A stretch of 22,696 bases of DNA from Nitrosopumilaceae archaeon (GCA_050749225.1 JBOGQR010000009.1:1-22696); one strand, 5' to 3'. Counted from the stretch's first letter, positions 6,127-13,639 are shown. The notes: generated from the letters alone by a model not told the origin. A program made the numbers and translations.

Positions 6127-8580
6127 CTAAGGTTTCCTTCTTTTCCTTAAAACGAGCATAATTCCAATAGCAATTGCTGCCAACACAATACCAACTACAA
6201 CATAGTCCGAACTAATAATTGAGGTCTTATACGAAGGTACAATCTCAGGAATTGTTGGATTTTCACCTGAAATTCCTAAAAAGCTGGTATAGAACATGTC
6301 AGGCTTGAGGGCAGATTCCGATATTGCAAATACCCTCAAGTCATTTGCACCCATACTCAAAAGTGATGTTTTTTCTTTCGATAGTGTGATATTTGTGTTA
6401 CCGGTCTCTGATTGTAAAGTACCCAAATCCACCATATTACCATCAGCATTTAGAAAATAATAGTAGACGGTAGAGTTTGGTGTGACAGAAATTGGAATTG
6501 TCAATTCTTTACCCAGTGAAACAGTTGTAGGAACATCAACATTGTTTATCTTGGCAACACCAATGTTCTCAAATTTCTTCCAATAACCTGCTCCAAAAGG
6601 ATATGTCGGATCATCAAATGTCTTTATAGTTATGATTCTAGCCTCTGGAGAATAACTATCAAGATAAAATGGACCGTTGCTTATTATCGCATGGTTATGT
6701 TTTTCAATCCACGAGATAGATGCAAAATATCTATCAGAATAGTATTTGGAGTTTTGTGTAAACCCTGCTAATGCAACAGGAATGGAATTTGATTTTGAAA
6801 AATCTTCTAGGTTTGATTTTATCATATTAGCATCATTTGGCACAAGCAATGAAAGCCAGTCAACATTTTTACTAACAGCCTCTGATCTTGAAAATGCAAT
6901 CTTACCATCAGTCACAGATTTTTCCATGGCATAAAATATCTCCCATGGCATGGAAGGAAACACACCTGCTGAATCTGCAATCTCTCCTTCATCAAAGTGC
7001 CAATAATCCTGATAAACTTCGATTGTGTTTTTATCAATAACTCTAATTCCAATTAGCGTCTGTGCCGCTTGATTTGCCTTTGGTGAGTATTCCGAATCAA
7101 ATGTCTTGCTGTTTTCTGAATCTGCTCCCCACTGATACAGGAAATAAATTGAATACAAGACATCATTCATGTCCATTGGTTGACCATTATGCCAGTTTCC
7201 AAATGTTAAATGAAATGTTACCTTACTTGTAGATTTTATGCCGTTACCAACTTGAATCCATTTTTGCTGGGCAGGATCCCATTTTATTGCATCAGTAGGT
7301 ACGTCTAGCTTGCCAGTTGGTCCTGCTGTTTCCACTTTCCAACTGGAACGAATAGGAATAGTTATTCCAGTGTATGGATTCTTGAAACTTCCTGGATCAG
7401 ATATTGCCCCCAAAATTTGTTGACTTGCAGAGTCGGTAAAACCTGCAATTGGATTCCATGCACCTTGATAAATCTGGTGTACACCAATTTTTATCGAATC
7501 AGAATTATCCCTTGCATTGATTGGAGTAAACCGGCTTGTAATTCCTGCACCGAAGTCATTTACTATGCCATCTACTTTTTTGTTTGACACAAACTGATCA
7601 ATTTTACTTACAAGAAAAACTCTGACCGACTCTTTAAGACCTTCGTTAACTGCTTTTTTTAGCAAATCAGTCCTTTGTTCTGCTGATGTAAAATTCCCTA
7701 TGAAAATATTTTGTGAAATAGAATCCATGTAATCATCTTTGTAATTCCAATATGATGGATTGTTAAATCCAGGCATGTTAGAAAACCATGGTGAATACAT
7801 CTGTGCAGTTATAACAGAATCATATCGTACAAAGCCACTTGCTGCCCATCCCTCAGTGTAGATATTCCATTTTAGATCAGATGGGTTCGAACCATACACT
7901 ATTGTAAATGCCTTGTTTAAATCACCATAATCTCTTTTTACGGAAAATCCAATTTTTTCTAGCTGTGAGGAAATTATCTCACCGATTGATTTTCGTATTT
8001 GATCATCGCTTCTGATAAAAATTGTAATCTCTATTGGTTTTGAATCATAGTACCATTTGTTGTCAATTTTTTGTGCCCCAGCCTTTGTGAGAGAATCTGA
8101 AATCATTTGCTCTGCCAACACAGGATTATATCTAAAGTTAAATGACTCAATCTCACCTAGAATTAAAAGATAGTCAGGATCAAATGGTTTGTACGCTGAA
8201 ACCATTGGCACACCATAACCGCCAAGAAGCTCATCAACAATTAGGTCTCTGTCCACCAAATAATTTAGTGCAAATCTCACATCTTTTATTGAAAATGGAT
8301 TGAATTTTGCAGATGGAGCTGGGTTTACAAGAAGACTATATGATTGGCCTGTTGATTGAAATATTTTCAAACCTTCTTGTGATTGAGGATCAGAGATTCT
8401 ATCAAATGGGATTGGCCAATAATAAATGTCCAAGTTTCCATTTTTCACTTCTTCTAGTGCAGTATTCTCATCAGAGTATTGGATAAATTGTATCTTGTCT
8501 ACATACGTCCCCTTGTCAGCAAATGCAAGGCTAGAACCGAAAACAAAAACAATGCCACAGAGTACTAGAAACGTATTCAT
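6127..8580 (-). CDS. ABC substrate-binding protein, family 5 (peptide/nickel type), with C-terminal extra domain and TM anchor
   Basis: 817 aa. Signal sequence MNTFLVLCGIVFVFGSSLAFA. 'VRFALNYLVDRDLIVDELLGGYGVPMVS' matches the family-5 SBP signature region. C-terminus 'VVVGIVLAAIAIGIMLVLRKRRKP' is a TM helix plus basic tail, as in archaeal membrane-anchored SBPs. Confidence 0.9.
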   Translation of the reverse strand: MNTFLVLCGIVFVFGSSLAFADKGTYVDKIQFIQYSDENTALEEVKNGNLDIYYWPIPFDRISDPQSQEGLKIFQSTGQSYSLLVNPAPSAKFNPFSIKDVRFALNYLVDRDLIVDELLGGYGVPMVSAYKPFDPDYLLILGEIESFNFRYNPVLAEQMISDSLTKAGAQKIDNKWYYDSKPIEITIFIRSDDQIRKSIGEIISSQLEKIGFSVKRDYGDLNKAFTIVYGSNPSDLKWNIYTEGWAASGFVRYDSVITAQMYSPWFSNMPGFNNPSYWNYKDDYMDSISQNIFIGNFTSAEQRTDLLKKAVNEGLKESVRVFLVSKIDQFVSNKKVDGIVNDFGAGITSRFTPINARDNSDSIKIGVHQIYQGAWNPIAGFTDSASQQILGAISDPGSFKNPYTGITIPIRSSWKVETAGPTGKLDVPTDAIKWDPAQQKWIQVGNGIKSTSKVTFHLTFGNWHNGQPMDMNDVLYSIYFLYQWGADSENSKTFDSEYSPKANQAAQTLIGIRVIDKNTIEVYQDYWHFDEGEIADSAGVFPSMPWEIFYAMEKSVTDGKIAFSRSEAVSKNVDWLSLLVPNDANMIKSNLEDFSKSNSIPVALAGFTQNSKYYSDRYFASISWIEKHNHAIISNGPFYLDSYSPEARIITIKTFDDPTYPFGAGYWKKFENIGVAKINNVDVPTTVSLGKELTIPISVTPNSTVYYYFLNADGNMVDLGTLQSETGNTNITLSKEKTSLLSMGANDLRVFAISESALKPDMFYTSFLGISGENPTIPEIVPSYKTSIISSDYVVVGIVLAAIAIGIMLVLRKRRKP

Positions 8581-8601
8581 GAATTGTTTTGCTTAAAACT
8601 G

Positions 8602-8608
8602 TATATAA
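8602..8608 (-). promoter_or_regulatory. TATA box (TTATATA) of the ABC-importer operon
   Basis: Centred 25 nt upstream of the ATG at 8580. No Shine-Dalgarno-like purine tract lies in between. Confidence 0.5.
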
Positions 8609-8765
8609 GAATAAAAAACTAGGGGATTAGTAAACGAGTTTATTGATAAAGAGTAAAAATGCAATCCCCCCCCCAACCGTTCCTAAAAAATACGTTATAA
8701 CTAGAATTATGATTGAGTGGGATTTGTTGGAGAATCTTTAAGATCAATACGAAAGTAATGATGAT

Positions 8766-9308
8766 GTGAAAATCATATTAGTTGGAATAATTTCTACAAT
8801 TGTAATTGTTGTCGTCATTGCCGTATATTCCAGTATGCATTATGAGCCACTTGGTGAAGGAGTAGCATCAGGTGGGAATCGCACTCCTGAACAATTCTTT
8901 CAAGATGGTGGAAGATCGTATATTTTAGTTACTCCAGAGAGTAACGAAATAAATGCCACAATAGGCTCTACTGTACAAGTAACTCTTACCTTAAAGCATG
9001 AAACAAGTGCAAATCCTTTGCCTACTGCAACTGTAAATTACGATGGGGCTCGGGGGTATTTTACCCCTAATGGTTATAACGGGCATATTGATTTGAATTC
9101 TACCATGAAATCATCAGCTAATCAAATTTCATTACTTGCAGGAGAATCAAAAAAAATCGTTCTAAGTATTAGCATTCCTAAAGATTTGCCAAAAAGTTTT
9201 GTTAATGGAACAATACCTTACAACGTTTTGTTTGCATTGCCAGATGATGCCAATCCAAAAGACATAGTCACAAGTGTGGCGTTCTTTCAAATTCATATCG
9301 TGGGTTGA
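8766..9308 (+). CDS. Signal-anchored extracellular protein, unknown function
   Basis: 180-aa ORF with a GTG start and N-terminal TM segment KIILVGIISTIVIVVVIAVY, followed by a Ser/Thr/Asn-rich, beta-rich-looking ectodomain. CTTTAAGA box is centred about 26 nt upstream. Confidence 0.6.
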   Translation: MKIILVGIISTIVIVVVIAVYSSMHYEPLGEGVASGGNRTPEQFFQDGGRSYILVTPESNEINATIGSTVQVTLTLKHETSANPLPTATVNYDGARGYFTPNGYNGHIDLNSTMKSSANQISLLAGESKKIVLSISIPKDLPKSFVNGTIPYNVLFALPDDANPKDIVTSVAFFQIHIVG

Positions 9309-9442
9309 ATGACTCTTAAAGGCAAACAAAACCATTACAATATCAAATTCCTAAAAGGCTACGGCTTCTCAGTCAATATTAAAAAATTACATTAGCAAAG
9401 ATACAATTCAAAGGCTTTGCTGATCTTTATGTTGGAAGAAGG

Positions 9443-9592
9443 CTAGTGTCCTCTTCTTTTTCTATTTCTTGCACCTTTCTTGCCTGCAGCTACGTAAGAT
9501 GCATGTGTTCTATTTCTTGCAGCCTTTTTGCCTGCAGCTACATAAGATGCGTGTGATCGTTTTTTCATACTTGAATTGAGCATTTTAGTCAT
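9443..9592 (-). CDS. Tiny, highly basic protein with two 16-aa repeats (HASYVAAGKK[AG]ARNR)
   Basis: The listed ORF runs to a TTG at 9628. In-frame ATGs at 9592, 9583 and 9568 are more plausible starts. The repeat keeps its reading frame (48 bp = 16 codons). C-terminus is RKRRGH. Small size keeps confidence moderate. Confidence 0.5.
   Translation of the reverse strand: MTKMLNSSMKKRSHASYVAAGKKAARNRTHASYVAAGKKGARNRKRRGH
9461..9560 (-). repeat. 48-bp tandem direct repeat, about 2.1 copies
   Basis: 'tgcctgcagcta' occurs at 9481 and 9529, and 'tctatttcttgca' at 9461 and 9509. The period is exactly 48 bp, with a few substitutions between copies. Confidence 0.8.
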
Positions 9593-9715
9593 TATTAGGT
9601 ATTTAGTGGATAATAGTTGTCTTATCAATGAATTTTTTATTTATATTAGTTAGTAAAAATAACGCATTATTATCTGTTGTATGAGAATATCCTAAAATAA
9701 CATAATGATTTAACT

Positions 9716-9729
9716 AAAAAAAGAAAAAA
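9716..9729 (-). terminator. Oligo-T terminator (T7-C-T6 on the minus strand)
   Basis: Lies 11-24 nt downstream of the stop codon (9740-9742) of the 146-aa gene. Archaeal termination typically uses oligo-T tracts. Confidence 0.5.
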
Positions 9730-9739
9730 GCTCTTTGCA

Positions 9740-10180
9740 CTAGTTTCGTGCAGGTGTGCATGCTTGAATCCAATATTGCATTATGCCCTGGTTTAGTCCA
9801 GAGAACATTTTTGCATTCTCGTTGAAAGTATTGATACTTTGTTGTGTCGCATCAATTGCAGCCAGTACTACTTTATTTTGTACTGCATGTGCCTTGATCA
9901 ACTCTTCAGTTGTATCATTAACTATCTTTACCAGAGCTGCTGGAACACTTGTGTTCATGCCTGCTTTGGTTGCAAACTCACGCTGTGTGGAAATGGCTGA
10001 TTCTGTTATGTTTTTCCATGCTGTAGCGTATGCACGCTGAAGATTTGTTATTGATTGATGGTATTGTGGTATTGTTTTTTCTACCTCATCAAAAAATCTG
10101 TCTGCGTTGTGTTTGTAAACCGAGTGGATTTCTTTTGATTCTGTATGGAATTCTTTTGATTCCGATGTTGATTTACTCAT
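9740..10180 (-). CDS. All-helical 146-aa protein, unknown function (phasin-like in style only)
   Basis: ATG ORF with a TATATAT box centred 27 nt upstream and an oligo-T tract downstream. Low-complexity helical sequence rich in A/Q/T/N. No catalytic motif. Confidence 0.7.
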   Translation of the reverse strand: MSKSTSESKEFHTESKEIHSVYKHNADRFFDEVEKTIPQYHQSITNLQRAYATAWKNITESAISTQREFATKAGMNTSVPAALVKIVNDTTEELIKAHAVQNKVVLAAIDATQQSINTFNENAKMFSGLNQGIMQYWIQACTPARN

Positions 10181-10185
10181 GGTTT

Positions 10186-10231
10186 CCCTTAATTGGTAAG
10201 GGCATATATACCTATTGGTAATAATTGGTAA
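10186..10231. promoter_or_regulatory. Promoter/operator cluster: 6-bp-stem inverted repeat, TATATAT box and three ATTGGTAA repeats
   Basis: Inverted repeat CCCTTA-attgg-TAAGGG at 10186-10202. TATA box at 10204-10210. ATTGGTAA at 10192-10199, 10214-10221 and 10224-10231; the last two are 10 bp apart. Confidence 0.5.
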
Positions 10232-10356
10232 TTAAAACCAGTAATTATTAGAGTTAAAATGAACCCCAATCATGAAAAATCATCTAGTAAACATTTACTG
10301 GATCCTTTAATCGGGTTTCATGAATAATATTTTATAAATGCAAAATAAACCAACGA

Positions 10357-10995
10357 TTGTTGAATATTCAGATTCTAGTCAGGAGCATCAAGGGAATAAT
10401 TCCAGGAGGATTATCTGTCAAAGACTTTAGCATCGTAACGCAAACCAGTGAAGAAACTGCAAGACAAATGCTAGATAATTTCATGCAAAATGGCATTGGA
10501 ACTTTCCAAGACAATCAAATACATTTTCAAGATAATGATAGACTAAAAACCAGTTTACTTGCATTAAGAATGGGTGCGCCAATTGATGAAATTTCACAGA
10601 TTTTAGACTGGAAGGATTTTGAAGCACTTGTTTCAGAAATTTTAGAATTACGAGAATTTGATATCACACAGAATATAATTTTGACAAAACCAAGAATGCA
10701 AATAGATGTAATTGGCATAAAAGCAGGAGTGGCGATTCTCATAGACTGTAAACATTGGAAGAGACTAAGTTACTCTGCTTTAGATAATGCTGTCAATAAA
10801 CAAATTGAAAGAGCAAAACAATATGTTATCAAAGAAAAGGTACGTGCAGCACTTCCTGCAATTGTTACATTATACCAAGAAGAAGTCAAATTCATCAACA
10901 AGGTTCCCATAATACCCATATTCCAGCTAGATTCATTTTGTGATGAATTTTACGGGAATTTAGATGAGATGGATACTTTAGAGCAAAGTGAATAA
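10357..10995 (+). CDS. wHTH + PD-(D/E)xK (Mrr_cat-like restriction-endonuclease fold) protein
   Basis: 'WKDFEALVSEILELREFDI...QIDVIGIKAGVAILIDCKHWK' fits the Mrr-type core (helix, D, then [DE]xK). The N-terminal ~60 aa look like a winged helix (LSVKDFSIVTQTSEETARQMLDNFMQNGI). Start is TTG 10357 or 10360. TTTATAAA box lies at 10331-10338. Confidence 0.7.
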   Translation: MLNIQILVRSIKGIIPGGLSVKDFSIVTQTSEETARQMLDNFMQNGIGTFQDNQIHFQDNDRLKTSLLALRMGAPIDEISQILDWKDFEALVSEILELREFDITQNIILTKPRMQIDVIGIKAGVAILIDCKHWKRLSYSALDNAVNKQIERAKQYVIKEKVRAALPAIVTLYQEEVKFINKVPIIPIFQLDSFCDEFYGNLDEMDTLEQSE

Positions 10996-12714
10996 GAAGA
11001 AAGCAGTAGTTCCTATCAAAAATCCTTGTGTAATTCTCATTGCTCTGTCAAGCGATTTTGAATAGTTCTCAAGCTGTTTTGGACCCATTACTTTGACATC
11101 TGTTTCCTGTTGAAGCGTCTCAAACATTGCAGGAGAGAGGTTTTGTTCTGCCTTTTTTGCCAAATTTAGATACCAAGAGGCAACTTCTTGTGATTCTGAT
11201 AGGCTTCCAAAATAGAAATAACCATACTTGTTTCTTGCCTCTCTTGCCTTGTAGTGAGAGTCAGAGGTACAAATGTCAAGCAAATTATATCCAGATTTTG
11301 AAAGTGATGCTACAATTTCTTCACGTAAGCCATTTCTCATGTTGTTAGAGTCTGCCCAGCCAAGGAAAAATTTTTCGTTGTTAATTTTCAAACACATCAT
11401 TCCTACTTTGCCAGGACCAAGATCATCTGCCTGAATTTTCAAAGTCTCCGAGTTTGCATATCCAATTTCTAACTGGTATGCTTCTTTTGTTATCAAAGTA
11501 TCAAGGTTTGATTTTGCCGCTTTTAGAAGATCATCAGAGTCTTGTTTTAGAATTTCTTCTCCCATGGCATTGTGACTATCAACGATTAATATTTTTTCAA
11601 ACCCACGATTTTTCCCATATTGTTCAAGCTCACTTTTAACATAAAGTGGAACGTCTTCCATTCCATGTGGTGATAATGATAAAATCAAAACTGCTGTTTT
11701 GCCAAAAAGCATTCCAACTGCACGCGCTTTGTTTACTTGAACTATAACTGGTTTTGTACAATCATAACCTTTGTGAATTATAGAACTCTTGGTAAGACTA
11801 GAAAGATATGCATCGACTTGAGATTTTGATGGCAAGTTAAGAGAATGATCAGAGACGCTATGCATAACCATTGCAGAGTAATTCAGATTTTTGTATATCA
11901 AATACGGAATGTTGCTCCCTCCAATTGGATGAAATGGTCCTGGATGGACATCAGGCACAACTAATCTGCATTCATTGTTTTTTGTTTTAAATAAAATTTG
12001 AAATGTCGATACTTTGGTAGGTTGTGAGCGCTCTTCCATCAAAGTTTCCATTTCAGAAGGATCGTTTCTTGTCCAAGCTGCCACATAGGCTTGCAATACT
12101 TTATGTGTTCGTGGAACTTTGATGCCAGCAGCTCTATCTGATAATAGCGTCCAAGCTGTTGCTAGAAACAAAAACACAAAACCATATCCTATAACTTTTA
12201 AATCTGAAAGCATTGGGATCCAAGATTCTGACGGTACAAATGTAAAAAACATCGCCAGTGGTTGGATTAGACAAACTGCCCATGCAGTTTTTAATTTTGC
12301 ACCCATTACAGATGTAAAAAGTCCAACTCTAAAGCTTGCAAACAAAAACATTCCTTCTGTAATGTATATTGGCAATAATTCAGGTTTTGAGAAAACATGT
12401 GCCGATACAAACCCTCCAAGAAGGGTTACAAACCATAAGAGATTTCCAAATGCAGATAGATGCACGATTTTGGAAAATTCTGTTTTTAGTAAACGTGCGT
12501 CTAAAAGCTGTGTTCCATAAAGTACTGCAATTGACAATGGTAAACTAAAAAATATTTTGTCACTTGTTTTAAAATATGCAAACAACGCAAGTGCCACAGT
12601 TGCAGATGTCACTATTATAGAAATCAGAAGAGAAAGATAGTGCGATGATGGAGTCAGAGTGGTTAATGAATATCGCTTATGTATACGAGATACATTATCA
12701 GCATTTTCGGTCAT
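10978..12714 (-). CDS. DUF2070-like archaeal membrane protein (N-terminal multi-TM region, large soluble domain, C-terminal TM)
   Basis: The size and architecture match my recollection of the archaeal DUF2070/COG3356 family; this is unverified. The listed ORF starts at GTG 12741. The in-frame ATG at 12714 overlaps the Sec61-beta stop (ATGA) and is my preferred start. Confidence 0.75.
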   Translation of the reverse strand: MTENADNVSRIHKRYSLTTLTPSSHYLSLLISIIVTSATVALALFAYFKTSDKIFFSLPLSIAVLYGTQLLDARLLKTEFSKIVHLSAFGNLLWFVTLLGGFVSAHVFSKPELLPIYITEGMFLFASFRVGLFTSVMGAKLKTAWAVCLIQPLAMFFTFVPSESWIPMLSDLKVIGYGFVFLFLATAWTLLSDRAAGIKVPRTHKVLQAYVAAWTRNDPSEMETLMEERSQPTKVSTFQILFKTKNNECRLVVPDVHPGPFHPIGGSNIPYLIYKNLNYSAMVMHSVSDHSLNLPSKSQVDAYLSSLTKSSIIHKGYDCTKPVIVQVNKARAVGMLFGKTAVLILSLSPHGMEDVPLYVKSELEQYGKNRGFEKILIVDSHNAMGEEILKQDSDDLLKAAKSNLDTLITKEAYQLEIGYANSETLKIQADDLGPGKVGMMCLKINNEKFFLGWADSNNMRNGLREEIVASLSKSGYNLLDICTSDSHYKAREARNKYGYFYFGSLSESQEVASWYLNLAKKAEQNLSPAMFETLQQETDVKVMGPKQLENYSKSLDRAMRITQGFLIGTTAFFLFTLL

Positions 12715-12875
12715 GGTAGGAAAAATATTTTCAATATCCACGAGATGGCAATCAATGCACTTGGAATAGCCACAACAACTTCTGGCCTTAGTTTATATCC
12801 TTTTGTCTCGTCCTCAAAGAATCTCAACAGACCCGCACTAGATGCTGGAAGTGGTGCCGATTTCTTGCTACTCAT
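12711..12875 (-). CDS. secG: Preprotein translocase subunit Sec61-beta (archaeal SecG)
   Basis: Not in the ORF track (54 codons). My translation is MSSKKSAPLPASSAGLLRFFEDETKGYKLRPEVVVAIPSALIAISWILKIFFLP. The 'SAGL[LI]R[FY]x[DE]E...[KR]xxPExV' segment followed by a single C-terminal TM is the archaeal Sec61-beta pattern. TATTTATG box lies about 29 nt upstream. Confidence 0.85.
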   Translation of the reverse strand: MSSKKSAPLPASSAGLLRFFEDETKGYKLRPEVVVAIPSALIAISWILKIFFLP

Positions 12876-12916
12876 GTTACTATGACTTTCAGGATTTTTA
12901 CATAAATACTTTTGTG

Positions 12917-13246
12917 CTAGATCTTTTTGATCTTCTCTTTAATATTTATGATATCATTAATGGATTTTAGGATCTGCTGCTGTTTTTGATGATCTTTTTC
13001 ACGTTCAAGTTCTCCTGTCAATTCCTTTAGTTTTTGCTCAAGGCTTGCAAGTAAGGCATCGCCACTATGTTTTTCTTCTATTTTTTCGGGTATTTTTTCT
13101 TCACTAGCCTCTCTTCCACAGTTTACACATAATGCACTACCATTTTTCATTATACGTACTCCTTTACAATACGGACAAGGATCACTTACAAGCGTTGCAC
13201 CTTTTAGAAGCATTTCAACAGCTTTTTTGGTAAGCTCCTTAGACAT
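12917..13246 (-). CDS. UPF0148 / autoantigen-p27 (SSSCA1)-like zinc-ribbon protein with coiled-coil tail
   Basis: 'AVEMLLKGATLVSDPCPYCKGVRIMKNGSALCVNCG' matches the N-terminal helix plus CPxC...CxxC ribbon of that family. Acidic/coiled C-terminus. Confidence 0.8.
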   Translation of the reverse strand: MSKELTKKAVEMLLKGATLVSDPCPYCKGVRIMKNGSALCVNCGREASEEKIPEKIEEKHSGDALLASLEQKLKELTGELEREKDHQKQQQILKSINDIINIKEKIKKI

Positions 13247-13323
13247 AAACTAATTTGGGAATTTCCAAGTAAAAAATGTAGTCGAACAAGGCTTAATAGT
13301 AGGAAACCAAGTTTTTATTTTGA

Positions 13324-13632
13324 ATGGCGGTAATCTGCAATACATGCGGACTTCCTGACGATTTATGTGCCTGTGGAGAACTTGAAAAAGATGCTACTCA
13401 AATTGTAGTTCGTCTTGAAGAGAGACGTTTTAAGAAAAAAGGGACAATGATTGAAGGAATTAATCCAAAAATGAATGATCTAGCTAAAGTTGTAAGAGAA
13501 CTAAAAGCAAAATATGCATGTGGTGGCACAGTAAAAGAAGGATATATTTTACTTCAAGGTGACCACAGAGATACAATCAAAACTACTTTAGTCAAACTCG
13601 GATTTCCAGAAGCAAGCATTGAAGTTCATTAA
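13324..13632 (+). CDS. sui1: Translation initiation factor aSUI1 (eIF1 homolog)
   Basis: 102 aa. N-terminal CxxC-x5-CxC knuckle (CNTCGLPDDLCAC), then 'IVVRLEERRFKKKGTMIEGI...LKAKYACGGTVKEGYILLQGDHRDTIKTTLVKLGF', the canonical SUI1 core. Confidence 0.95.
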   Translation: MAVICNTCGLPDDLCACGELEKDATQIVVRLEERRFKKKGTMIEGINPKMNDLAKVVRELKAKYACGGTVKEGYILLQGDHRDTIKTTLVKLGFPEASIEVH

Positions 13633-13639
13633 ATGAGAT

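Noticed and set aside
8758-8764. ATGATGA (C-box-like) just upstream of the 8766 gene, a possible C/D-box sRNA
   Set aside because: No CUGA D or D' box and no second C' box lie within the following ~70 nt on that strand, and the region is the 5' end of a protein gene.
9309-9395. 28-codon ORF (MTLKGKQNHYNIKFLKGYGFSVNIKKLH) starting immediately after the stop of the 180-aa gene. The 'GYGFSVNIK' stretch vaguely recalls the N-terminal strand pattern of Cas1/casposase-like proteins, raising the idea of a gene remnant.
   Set aside because: It is far too short for any family assignment. All three frames downstream close within a few codons. No CRISPR repeats, terminal inverted repeats or other mobile-element genes lie nearby. 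I treat it as non-coding unless a homology search says otherwise.
9740-10180. Possible phasin (PHA-granule protein) identity for the 146-aa helical protein
   Set aside because: The resemblance is only compositional (A/Q/T-rich amphipathic helices). There is no PHA synthase gene in the window, and I cannot verify homology, so I keep it as a hypothetical protein.
12679-12885. 68-aa plus-strand ORF listed in the track
   Set aside because: It is the antisense frame of the Sec61-beta gene (12711-12875, minus strand), which has a clear family signature.
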